Notes under the pieces: generated by a model | The model's database searches: none | Seen by the model: the letters and a program-made list of their open reading frames with translations, nothing else | Told to the model about the DNA's origin: nothing | Program-made: the position numbers and the translations under genes | Shown here: in pieces, positions 29,738 to 38,169 of the stretch | How the letters are laid out: each line of letters opens with the position of its first letter | Position numbering within the stretch: the first letter of the stretch is position 1 | Origin: Dehalococcoidia bacterium | GTDB lineage: Bacteria; Chloroflexota; Dehalococcoidia; UBA2979 | Direction of reading: 5' to 3' | NCBI GenBank assembly: GCA_965262725.1 | Contig: OZ253555.1 | Span: 2,272,001 to 2,336,000, forward strand | Length of the DNA stretch: 64,000 nt

Positions 29738-30813
29738 CGCGGCGTTCCGTCGACGGCCGGGGAGCCGGCTTCGGGGGCGAGATCGGCGAGGCGCAGCAGG
29801 TCGACGCCGAAGCCGGAGGCGGGGATGGCCGGCCCGCCGAGCGCCTCGGTGAGGCCGTCGTAGCGGCCGCCGGCGAGGCACTCGGCCTCGCCGGCGAGCG
29901 CGCGGAAGGTGACGCCGGTGTAGTACTCCAGGTTTCGCGCGGTCGCCGGGCGCACGCGGTAGGGAACGCCGGCCCGATCGAACACTCCGGCGGCCACGGC
30001 CAGCTCCTCGATGGCCGGCTCCGACTCCGGGAGCACGGGGAGCAGCGCCGCGCGGAGGTTCGCGAGGTAGCCCGGACCCTCACCCGTTATGTCCAGCAAG
30101 AGACGCAGGGCCGTCGTCGCGGCCGGGTAGGCGGCGGCGAGCTCCTCGGTGACGCCGCCGTCGCCGTCCAGCACGCGGTCGTAGGCGGCGAGCTGCTGCG
30201 CCGGATCGAGCCCCGCGGCGCGGAAGGCGGAGCGCATGATGCCCGCGTGCGCCAGCTCCATCCGCGGCGCCAGGCCGAGCGCGCGGAGGAGGACCACCGC
30301 CAGTCCGAGCAGCTCGCCTTCGCCCTCCGGCGCGCCGAGCCCGAAGAGCTCGACGCCGGCCTGCCACTGCTCGCGGTTCCCGTCGCCCGGGACGAAACGG
30401 TAGACGGGCTCCACGTAGGAGAGGCGCACGCCGTCGCCGAGGTCGTCCGCGCTCAGGAGGGCCTCCTGCTCCAGCAGCCAGCGCGCGGCCGGGACGGTCC
30501 CGTCCGGGCGCAGCACGACACGCTCGCCGCTCCACCCGTCCCAGTCGAGGAAGGAGTAGACGCGCTCCAGGAGCTGCGGGGAGAGGGTGCCGGCCGCCGT
30601 GAAGAGGTGGAGCGGCTCCAGGGTCGGCGTGCGGATCTCGCGGTACCCGCGCTCCGCCGTCACCTCCAGGAAGATGCGCTCCACCAGGCGGAAGCGGCGC
30701 ATCTCCTCGGGGCCGAGCTCGCGCATCCCGCGGCTTCGTAGCATCTCGGCCGCGGCGCCCGCTCCCCCGCCTGTCCCCGTCGCTCGATTGATCCCGCCGT
30801 CAGTCGGCGTCAT
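29734..30813 (-). CDS. hisZ: ATP phosphoribosyltransferase regulatory subunit (HisRS-like)
   Basis: RGMRE, GYREIRTPTLE, VLRPDGTVP, REQWQAGVEL, YYTG, GGRYD; no anticodon-binding domain; directly upstream of hisG. Confidence 0.88.
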   Translation of the reverse strand: MTPTDGGINRATGTGGGAGAAAEMLRSRGMRELGPEEMRRFRLVERIFLEVTAERGYREIRTPTLEPLHLFTAAGTLSPQLLERVYSFLDWDGWSGERVVLRPDGTVPAARWLLEQEALLSADDLGDGVRLSYVEPVYRFVPGDGNREQWQAGVELFGLGAPEGEGELLGLAVVLLRALGLAPRMELAHAGIMRSAFRAAGLDPAQQLAAYDRVLDGDGGVTEELAAAYPAATTALRLLLDITGEGPGYLANLRAALLPVLPESEPAIEELAVAAGVFDRAGVPYRVRPATARNLEYYTGVTFRALAGEAECLAGGRYDGLTEALGGPAIPASGFGVDLLRLADLAPEAGSPAVDGTPR

Positions 30814-30947
30814 GTCCTCCCCCTCCGCCCGCGGGCCGGGCTGGGCCCGAGGCCCGACCGGCCCGCTGGATGGATCTCGGGCGGCGCGCACGGCGGCGCC
30901 GCCGGCGCGCCGCCGCCGCTCGCTCTCTCGCCCGTGCCTGATGACTG

Positions 30948-31031
30948 CTAGCGCGGGAGGGGAGCGCGCGACGGCGACGCGCCGGGATGCACGTGCATGC
31001 AGGCGGAGATCGCGCGCTCTGTTCGGTTCAT
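30948..31031 (-). CDS. Putative leaderless his-operon leader peptide MNRTERAISACMHVHPGASPSRAPLPR
   Basis: 27-aa ORF with His codons CAC and CAT; ATG lies 7 nt downstream of a TAGCCT -10 box; upstream of hisZ. Confidence 0.55.
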   Translation of the reverse strand: MNRTERAISACMHVHPGASPSRAPLPR

Positions 31032-31038
31032 GACGTCG

Positions 31039-31067
31039 AGGCTACGGCTCGCCCTCGCCGGGGGCAA
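31039..31067 (-). promoter_or_regulatory. sigma70-type promoter of the his leader/operon
   Basis: TTGCCC-N17-TAGCCT. Confidence 0.55.
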
Positions 31068-31097
31068 CCGGCGCCCGCGATCGTACGCACCCGCCGC

Positions 31098-31982
31098 CTA
31101 CTCGGGGGCAGCGTCGCCCGCCGGACCGCTCGTCGCGACGTCGGCCGCCGCGTAGGCGGTGGTGGAGCCGTCGGCCGACCGGATCAGGAGCTCGCCCGTT
31201 GGCGAGACGTCGAGGGCCAGGCCCTCCACGACGCTCGCGCCGGGGCCGGAGGCCGGGACGGCGAGCCGCACCCGCTGCCCCAGCGTCAGGAGGCGCGACC
31301 GCCACGCGGCGGTGAGCGACGCCGGCTCGTCGGCTGCCTGGCGCCACCTCTCCCCGAGCGCGGCCGAGAGCGCCGCGAGCACCTCCTCGGGGGAGACGGA
31401 GCGCCCTCCTGCCTCGACGACGCCCGCGGCCGCCTCGGCCAGCGCGGCCGGAAGCGCCGCGGCGCTCGTCAGGTTCACGCCGATGCCGAGCAACACGTCG
31501 ACGCGGCCACCCGGCGCCGCCGCCGACTCGGCCAGGATGCCGGCGACCTTGCGGACCGCGCCCGAGCCCTCGCCGCCGGAGCCCACCACGACATCGTTCG
31601 GCCACGTGTAGCGCGGATCGAGGCCCGCCGCCTCGCGAAGGGCGTCGCCGACGGCGAGCGCGCCCGCGATGGTCGCGCGCGCGGCCTGATCGGACGAGCC
31701 GCAGAGGTGGTAGGTCACGAGGAGTCCGGAGCCGGCCGGCGAGTCCCATCGCCGCCCGTGCCGACCGCGGCCCGCCTCCTGTTCGCCGGCGACGAAAGCG
31801 CTGCCGCAGGAGGAGAGCCCCTCGCTCTCCGCGGCCGAGCGCGCGTCGTCCATCGTCGAACGCGTCCGCTCGCGGAAGCGGACGCGTTGCCCGACCGCGC
31901 CGCGCCCGCGCCGCGCGCCGAGCAGCGCCCGGTAGCGGTCCTCATCGAACGGCGGCACGAGATCTTCCCTCCCCCGGCTCAT
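31098..31982 (-). CDS. birA: Biotin-[acetyl-CoA carboxylase] ligase
   Basis: STMD, EQEAGRGRHGRRW, WPND, KVAGIL, GIGVN; no N-terminal HTH domain. Confidence 0.9.
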   Translation of the reverse strand: MSRGREDLVPPFDEDRYRALLGARRGRGAVGQRVRFRERTRSTMDDARSAAESEGLSSCGSAFVAGEQEAGRGRHGRRWDSPAGSGLLVTYHLCGSSDQAARATIAGALAVGDALREAAGLDPRYTWPNDVVVGSGGEGSGAVRKVAGILAESAAAPGGRVDVLLGIGVNLTSAAALPAALAEAAAGVVEAGGRSVSPEEVLAALSAALGERWRQAADEPASLTAAWRSRLLTLGQRVRLAVPASGPGASVVEGLALDVSPTGELLIRSADGSTTAYAAADVATSGPAGDAAPE

Positions 31983-32070
31983 GCGCGGGCCGCGGCCCGC
32001 ACGCGGGAGCGATCGACGACCGGCATCCCGTCCCCCCGGCCGACGCCGTCGGCGACGGGAGGCGAGACGC

Positions 32071-32108
32071 AAAGAGAGAGGCGCGCCGGCCGATGGCCGA
32101 CGCGCCTC
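32071..32108 (-). terminator. Intrinsic terminator of the small transcription unit
   Basis: Minus strand: gaggcgcgtcggcc-atc-ggccggcgcgcctc followed by tctcttt. Confidence 0.7.
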
Positions 32109-32133
32109 GCGTATATCGCACCGGACCCGGGAA

Positions 32134-32205
32134 CTAGCCCGGACGCACCTCCTCAGAGATGCCGGGGAAGCGCCCGCGATCCGGGCGACATTGTCTATCA
32201 CTCAT
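32134..32205 (-). CDS. Putative 23-aa small protein MSDRQCRPDRGRFPGISEEVRPG (or dual-function sRNA)
   Basis: Preceded by GAAAGGAGGTGAT (extended anti-16S complement); has its own promoter and terminator. Confidence 0.6.
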   Translation of the reverse strand: MSDRQCRPDRGRFPGISEEVRPG

Positions 32206-32234
32206 AAGAGGCATCACCTCCTTTCCTGCCGGCG

Positions 32235-32263
32235 AAGATAGCGGCGCGGTCGGGGGTCGTCAA
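32235..32263 (-). promoter_or_regulatory. sigma70-type promoter of the small unit
   Basis: TTGACG-N17-TATCTT. Confidence 0.7.
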
Positions 32264-32344
32264 TCCAACGGCGCAGCGTCGTGCGCATGTGCGGCGGCGC
32301 GGCCCCACGGCGGGTCTCGCACCCTCTCCGGGCTTGGCGAGCCG

Positions 32345-33718
32345 CTACCCGAGCGTCGCCCGCACGGCAGCGTCGAGGGCGCCGACCACCTGGTCCACCT
32401 CGTCTCCGTTCACCACGAGCGGGGGCGCGAGGACGATCTCATCGCCGACGAAGCGCGTGATCACGGATCCCTCCTCGCGCATGTGGCGCGCGACCCGTCC
32501 GCCGACCCCCTCCGAGGCATCGAAGCGCTCGCCGCTCCCCGCGTCCCGCACGAGCGAGAGCCCGGCGATCAGTCCGAGCTGCCGGATGTTGGCGACGTGG
32601 GGGTGCGCCCCGAGCGAGGCGCGTAGCCCCTCGCCCAGGCGCTCGCCCATCGCCCGGCCGTTCTCGACCAGGCGCTCCTCCTCGATGATGCGCAGGTTGC
32701 GCAGCGCCACCGCGGCCGCGGTCGGGTGCGCGCTGTTCGTGTAGGCGTGCATGAAGCGCGCGTCCGGCGGGAGGTCGTGGAGCGCCTCCGTGATCGGGCC
32801 CGAGAGCACGACCGCCCCCAGCGGCACGTAGCCGGAGGTGATCGCCTTCGCGACGGAGAGGATGTCCGGGACGACGCCCCAGCGCTCGAGTGCGAACCAG
32901 TGTCCCGTGCGGCCGAATCCGGTGATCACCTCGTCGGAGACGAGGAGCACCTCGTACCGGTCGCAGATCTCGCGGAGCCGCGGAAAGTAGTCGTCCGAGG
33001 GCGTCCAGACGCCCCCCGCCCCCTTCACGGGCTCGGCGATCACGCAGGCGACAGTGTCGGCGCCGGCGCGCTCGATCGCGGACTCGATCCAGTGCGCGCA
33101 TTCGCCGTCCGCGTTCGGCCGGCAGCCGCACTCCAGGTTCTCGGGGCGGGTCGCACGGATGACGTCGTCAGGGAGCGGCCCGAAGTACTTCCAGAATGCC
33201 GGCAGCCCCGTCATGGCCGAGGTGGCGAGCGTGCCGCCGTGGTAGGCGCGCTCGCGCGCCACCACCTTCACCTTCCCGGAGCGCCCCATGAGGTTCCAGT
33301 AGAAGCGCGCCGTCTTGAAGGCGGCCTCGTTGGATTCAGAGCCGGAGTTGGTGAAGTAGACGCCTTCCATCCCGTCGTAGGCGAGGCCGGCCAGGGTGCG
33401 GGCGAGCTCGATGGCGGGAACGTTGGAGAAGCCCGTGTAGTTGTTCGTGAAGGCCAGCCGGCGCATCTGCTCGGAGGCGGCGTCGGCGAGTTCGGCGCGG
33501 CCGTGGCCGACCGCGACGTTCCAGAGCGAGGAGAGCCCGTCGATGTAGCGGCGGCCGCGCACATCGGTCAGCCAGACGCCCTCGCCGGAGGCGAAGATCA
33601 CCGGATCGGCGTGATCGGGCGCGTAGTACTGCGGGTGCAGCAGGTGACCGAGGTCCTCCTCGACGAGGCGCGCGATCGTCGCCTCGTCCAGCCGCGGGCC
33701 CATCCCCGTCGTGCTCAC
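32345..33718 (-). CDS. Class III aminotransferase (omega-amino acid transaminase type)
   Basis: IDGLSSLWNVAVGHG, SGSESNE, AYHGGT, IAEPV, DEVITGFGRTG, AKAITSGY. Confidence 0.92.
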   Translation of the reverse strand: MSTTGMGPRLDEATIARLVEEDLGHLLHPQYYAPDHADPVIFASGEGVWLTDVRGRRYIDGLSSLWNVAVGHGRAELADAASEQMRRLAFTNNYTGFSNVPAIELARTLAGLAYDGMEGVYFTNSGSESNEAAFKTARFYWNLMGRSGKVKVVARERAYHGGTLATSAMTGLPAFWKYFGPLPDDVIRATRPENLECGCRPNADGECAHWIESAIERAGADTVACVIAEPVKGAGGVWTPSDDYFPRLREICDRYEVLLVSDEVITGFGRTGHWFALERWGVVPDILSVAKAITSGYVPLGAVVLSGPITEALHDLPPDARFMHAYTNSAHPTAAAVALRNLRIIEEERLVENGRAMGERLGEGLRASLGAHPHVANIRQLGLIAGLSLVRDAGSGERFDASEGVGGRVARHMREEGSVITRFVGDEIVLAPPLVVNGDEVDQVVGALDAAVRATLG

Positions 33719-33742
33719 GGCATCCCCCTCCTCAGCCGGCTC

Positions 33743-35302
33743 TCACCGCGCCTGCCTCCGGGCGTGCGAACCGAAGCGTGCGGCGACCAGCTCCCCTGCC
33801 ACCGCGCGCTCGTCCCACGGGTGCGCGCCGTCCGCGCGCTCGATGCTGCGCTCGTGCCCCTTGCCGGCGAGCACCACCGCGTCGCCCGGACGGGCGAGCT
33901 CGAGCGCACGCCCGATCGCCTCCCTGCGGTCCGGGACCCGCTCGAAGCTCCGGCCCTCGACGCCGCCAGCATCACGCATCGCCGATGCCAGCGCCTCCAG
34001 TATCGCGTCGGGCTCCTCCGATCGCGGATCCTCCTCGGTCAGGACCGCGTAGTCGGAGAGCTCGGCGGCGGCCCGGCCCATGCCGGCCCGTCGCTCCGTT
34101 CCGCGCTCGCCGGCACAGCCGAAGACCACGATCAGGCGTCCCGGCACTCGTGCGCGGAGCGTCTTCAGGAGCTGGCGCAGAGCCGCCTCCGTGTGCGCGT
34201 AGTCCACGACCACCTCCACCGGTGAGTCGGCGATGAGCTCCATGCGTCCGGGAACGCCGGGAGAGGCCGCGAGCCCGGCCGCGGCGCGTACGGGATCGAG
34301 GTCGAGTGCGTACGCGACCGCCAGGGCGGCCACGGCGTTCGCGAGGTTGGCCCGGCCGGGAAGCGGCGCGTGCGCCTCAATCGCCGCCGTCCGGGAGCCG
34401 TGCCGTCCGAGCGCCAGGAGAAAGCGCGAGTCGCGCTGCCGCCATTCGACGGATTCGGCCCGGACCGAGGCGCCTGGGATTCCCTCCCCGCCCTCCAGCG
34501 CGTAGCGCAACGCGCGAGCCCGCGTGCTCCGCGCGAGGTAGTCCGCCGCGTCGGGCTCGTCGGCGTTCAGCACCGCCCAACCGTCGGGGGGCAGCATCTC
34601 GAACAGCCTGGCCTTCGCGGCGTGGTAGGCCTCCCGCGTGCCGTGGAAGTCGAGATGGTCGGCGCCGAGCGTGGTGGCGACGCCAACATCGAAGCCGGCC
34701 CCGTCGAGCCGGTGCTGCACGAGCCCGTGCGAGCTCGCCTCGATGACGGCGTGGGTGCAGCCGGCGTCGACCATCTCGGCGAGCAGCCGCTGGACGTCGG
34801 GCGCCTCGGGCGTGGTGAGGCGCGAGAGGGGCAGCCGGACATCGCCGGCGACCCGCGACTCGACCGTCGAGAGGAGTCCGCCCGAGAGCCCCGCCCCCTC
34901 GAGGGCGGCAAGCGAGAAGAATGCCGTCGTCGACTTCCCGTCGGTGCCGGTCACACCGACGACGGTGAGACGGCGCGCGGGATGGCCCTCGTGCGCGGCG
35001 GCGACGGAGGCGAGCGCCGCGCGGCCGTCCGGGACCTCGACAAGCGGGACGCCCGTGGAGCGCAGCGGCTCGCCGCGGCCGCTCTCGGCGACGATCGCGG
35101 CGGCTCCGGCCCGCGCCGACTGCGTGGCGTGGTCGTGCCCGTCCGAACGCCGGCCGCTGAGGCAGACGAAGAGGTCCCCCGGCTCGACCAGTCGAGAATC
35201 ATGGCGAACGGCGCCCACGCGCGGGGGAAGCTCGGAGCCGGCGAGGAGGCGCGCCTCGGGGGGAAGTCCCTCTCGCCAATCGCCGCGCGACTCCGGTGCC
35301 AC
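33743..35302 (-). CDS. murE: UDP-MurNAc-tripeptide synthetase (MurE-like ligase)
   Basis: HDSR, VGVTGTDGKST, TTP, EASSHGL, DHLDFHG, PGRME, DYAHT, VFGCAGER, EDPRSE, AGKGHE. Confidence 0.9.
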   Translation of the reverse strand: MAPESRGDWREGLPPEARLLAGSELPPRVGAVRHDSRLVEPGDLFVCLSGRRSDGHDHATQSARAGAAAIVAESGRGEPLRSTGVPLVEVPDGRAALASVAAAHEGHPARRLTVVGVTGTDGKSTTAFFSLAALEGAGLSGGLLSTVESRVAGDVRLPLSRLTTPEAPDVQRLLAEMVDAGCTHAVIEASSHGLVQHRLDGAGFDVGVATTLGADHLDFHGTREAYHAAKARLFEMLPPDGWAVLNADEPDAADYLARSTRARALRYALEGGEGIPGASVRAESVEWRQRDSRFLLALGRHGSRTAAIEAHAPLPGRANLANAVAALAVAYALDLDPVRAAAGLAASPGVPGRMELIADSPVEVVVDYAHTEAALRQLLKTLRARVPGRLIVVFGCAGERGTERRAGMGRAAAELSDYAVLTEEDPRSEEPDAILEALASAMRDAGGVEGRSFERVPDRREAIGRALELARPGDAVVLAGKGHERSIERADGAHPWDERAVAGELVAARFGSHARRQAR

Positions 35303-35415
35303 TCGTTCTCCCGCCCTGTGCGGCCGTCATCGTAGCGGAGGCTTCCCGCTGGGGCTTCGGCGTACACTCGCCGCACGCCCGACGAGGGCGAGCGCGAGCG
35401 GGGGACGGGGGCGCG

Positions 35416-35895
35416 ATGATCCGCCTGACGGACGAGATGCAGAGCGCCGTGAACGACGCCCTCACGGAGGGCGTGCCCATCACGATCGCCGCCGTCGACG
35501 CCGCGGGCCAGCCGAACATCACCTTCCGCGGCAGCACGCAGGCGCTCGACGAGGAGCGGCTTGCCCTCTGGGCACGCAACCCGGAGGGGGGCCTCGTGCG
35601 CTCGATCCAGAGCAACCCGCGCGTCGCGCTGCTCTACCGGCACCCGGCGCGGGGCCTCGCACTGCTCTTCCACGGCCGCGCGCACGTGACCGAGGACGCC
35701 GCACTCGCGGCGGCCATCTACGAGCGATCGCCCGAGCCGGAGCGGGCCCGGGACCCGGAGCGCGGCGGCGTCGCGGTGGTGATCGAACTCGACCGCGTGA
35801 TCCAGCGCGGGGCCGCGATCATGGAGCGCGACCAGGCGGTCGCAGCCTCCCCGCGGCTGCCTGCGGCGCCGGAGAGTGGGACAGGGGACCTGTAA
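35416..35895 (+). CDS. Pyridoxamine 5'-phosphate oxidase-like (split-barrel) protein
   Basis: IAAVDAAGQPNITFRGS, IQSNPRVALL, FHGRA. Confidence 0.75.
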   Translation: MIRLTDEMQSAVNDALTEGVPITIAAVDAAGQPNITFRGSTQALDEERLALWARNPEGGLVRSIQSNPRVALLYRHPARGLALLFHGRAHVTEDAALAAAIYERSPEPERARDPERGGVAVVIELDRVIQRGAAIMERDQAVAASPRLPAAPESGTGDL

Positions 35896-36280
35896 GCGGG
35901 ATTCTGTCCCGCCCGCCGCCCGAGGGGCGGAAGCGGGGACGGTCATCCATCTAGGACGGCGGTTGCCCGCCGCCTCCAGCAGCCTACCCGGGGGCGGGAC
36001 CGGACCTCCCATCGCCCCCCTATGTGGCCTTGCTCCGGGTGGGGTTTGCCCGGCCGCCCCGTCTCCGGGAACGCCGGTGCGCTCTTACCGCACCATTTCA
36101 CCCTTGCCGCCCCGCCGGGCCCGGGGGCTCCGCGGGGAGGCGGTATGTTTCTGTGGCACTTTCCGTCGGCTCGCGCCGCCCGGCCGTTAGCCGGCACCCT
36201 GTCCGGTGGAGTCCCGACTTTCCTCCCGCGGGGGCGCCCACCACGTGGGGCCGTCCGCTGGCGACCGTCCGGTCCCCTGT
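35881..36280 (-). ncRNA. rnpB: RNase P RNA (type A)
   Basis: Minus strand GAGGAAAGTCGGGACTCCAC, AAAGTGCCACAGAAAC, GGTGAAATGGTGCGGTAAGAGCGCACC, GGCAAACCCCACCCGGAGCAAGG, GACAGAATCCCGCTTAC; P1 acaggggacc/ggtcccctgt; TGTGATAAT promoter just upstream. Confidence 0.97.
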
Positions 36281-36292
36281 CCTCCCCGATTA

Positions 36293-37375
36293 TCACACGG
36301 CCGGGGACTCGTCGGGCTGCATGACCTGGAGGTCGGCGGGCGGGAGCTCGACGACCCAGCGCCGGGTCGAGGCGACCCCGAGCACCTCATACGGGCGCGA
36401 GGCCACCTCCACGAGCACGGCGGGGCCGCGTCCCTCCGGCTCGAGCCTGAGCAGGTGCGCGTTGCCGAAGGCGAGATCCTCCACCACGCCCGCGACGAAG
36501 CAGTTCTGGGGGAGCGCCCCGTCGGGATCGAGGCGGCGCAGGATGCAGCGCTCGGCGCGGACCCCGACGTCGACGCGGACGGCCCCGGCCGGGGGCGGGC
36601 GGTCGGCGGGGAGCGCCAGCGCGAGCCCCCGCACGACGACGCGCCCCCCCTCCACGCGGCCGGCTACGATGTTGCGCACGCCCGTCAGCTCCGCGACGCG
36701 GCGGCCGAGCGGGCGCCGGAAAACCTCGTCACGGCGGTCGAACTGCAGCACGCGGCCCCCGTCGAGAACCGCGATGCGATCGCCGAGCAGGTGCGCCTCG
36801 CGGAGATCGTGCGTCACGAAGAGGATCGGGAGTCCCAGCTCTCGCCGCAGCCGCAGGAGCTCCCCGCGCATCTCCTCGCGCAGCGCCTCGTCGAGAGCCG
36901 AGAACGGCTCGTCGAGCAGGAGCGCCTCTGTGGGACGCACCAGTGCTCGCGCGAGCGCGACGCGCTGGCTCTGGCCGCCCGAGAGCTGGTGCGGTCGCCT
37001 CTCGTCCAGCCCGCCGATGTGGAGCATCGCGCAGAGGCGCGCGTAGCGGGCGTGCGCCTCGCGGGAGCGCTCCACGCCGATCAGGACGTTCCGGCGCACG
37101 TCCAGGTGCGGGAAGAGAGCCGGCTCCTGCACGACGTAGCCGACGCGCCGCCGCTGCGGCGGCAGGTGGAGGCCGGCCGCCGCGTCGACCACGACGCGGC
37201 CCCCGATCTCGATGCGCCCGCGCTCGACCGGTTGCAGCCCGGCGAGGGCGCGCAGCGTCACCGTCTTGCCGGAGCCGGAGGGTCCGTAGAGCACGACCAG
37301 CTCGTCGGCGGCCGCGAGGTCGACTTCGAGGTCGAAGTCGCCCACCCGGGTCCCGAAGGCGGCGGTCAGGGTCAC
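36293..37375 (-). CDS. modC: Molybdate ABC transporter ATP-binding protein
   Basis: GPSGSGKT, LPPQRRRVGYVVQ, LSGGQSQR, LLLDEPF, VTHD. Confidence 0.85.
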   Translation of the reverse strand: MTLTAAFGTRVGDFDLEVDLAAADELVVLYGPSGSGKTVTLRALAGLQPVERGRIEIGGRVVVDAAAGLHLPPQRRRVGYVVQEPALFPHLDVRRNVLIGVERSREAHARYARLCAMLHIGGLDERRPHQLSGGQSQRVALARALVRPTEALLLDEPFSALDEALREEMRGELLRLRRELGLPILFVTHDLREAHLLGDRIAVLDGGRVLQFDRRDEVFRRPLGRRVAELTGVRNIVAGRVEGGRVVVRGLALALPADRPPPAGAVRVDVGVRAERCILRRLDPDGALPQNCFVAGVVEDLAFGNAHLLRLEPEGRGPAVLVEVASRPYEVLGVASTRRWVVELPPADLQVMQPDESPAV

Positions 37376-38169
37376 CGGTAGGGCCCTCCTGCCGTCGTCA
37401 CGCGGCTCAGCGCGAGCATGACGGCGAGCGCCAGGGCGACGAGCAGGAGCGAGATCGAGACGGCGCCGGCGAGCCCCGCCGAGGACTCGAAGGCGTTGAG
37501 GATGGCGAGGGGCGCCGTGCGGGTGCTCCCCGGGAGCGATCCGGCGAAGAGCAGCGTCGCCCCGAGTTCCCCGAGCGCGCGCGCCCAGCAGAGCACGGCG
37601 CCGGCCGTGAGCGCCGGCCGCACGAGCGGGAGCGTGACGCTGCGGAAGGTGCGCCATCGCGAGAGCCCGAGCGTGTATGCGACGCCCTCGAAGCGGCGGT
37701 CGGCGCCGCGGAAGCCGGCGTAGGCGGAGCGGACGAAGTAGGGCCCCGCCACGAAGAGCTGCGCCAGCACCACCGCCGCCGTCGTGAACGAGAGCGAGAT
37801 GCCGAGCCCCTCCAGGGGCTCACCTAGGTAGCCGCGCCGGCCGAAGACCGTGAGCAACGCGATGCCGGCGGCGGCCGGCGGTAGCACGATGGGCAGGTCG
37901 ATGAGCGCCGCCGCCAGCCGTGCGCCCCCCCGCCCCGACCGCGCGAGCGCGTACGCGAGCGGCGTCCCCAGGATCGCCGCCAGCAGCGTCGCGAGTGTGG
38001 CCGTCGCGAGCGACAGGCGCAGCGCGCGCCAGCTGTCGGCCGAGCGCAGCTCGGAGGCGACGTCGCCGTCGGTCAGCGCGCGCAGCCCGAGCCCGGCGAC
38101 GGGCAGGAGGAAGAAGAGTGCGAAGAGCGCCGCCGCGGCGAGCCAGCCGTGGCGCGCGATCGCGCTCAT
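37372..38169 (-). CDS. modB: Molybdate ABC transporter permease
   Basis: DLPIVLPPAAAG, LSFT, WARALGELGAT, PLAI. Confidence 0.88.
   Translation of the reverse strand: MSAIARHGWLAAAALFALFFLLPVAGLGLRALTDGDVASELRSADSWRALRLSLATATLATLLAAILGTPLAYALARSGRGGARLAAALIDLPIVLPPAAAGIALLTVFGRRGYLGEPLEGLGISLSFTTAAVVLAQLFVAGPYFVRSAYAGFRGADRRFEGVAYTLGLSRWRTFRSVTLPLVRPALTAGAVLCWARALGELGATLLFAGSLPGSTRTAPLAILNAFESSAGLAGAVSISLLLVALALAVMLALSRVTTAGGPYR

Noticed and set aside
32212-32224. ATCACCTCCTTTC as a 16S rRNA gene end
   Set aside because: No other 16S sequence flanks it; better explained as an extended SD on the minus strand
32345-33718. Aminotransferase as BioA because it lies near birA
   Set aside because: The motifs (SLWNV, YHGGT) fit omega-amino acid transaminases rather than BioA (WW, YHGDT), and no other bio genes are nearby
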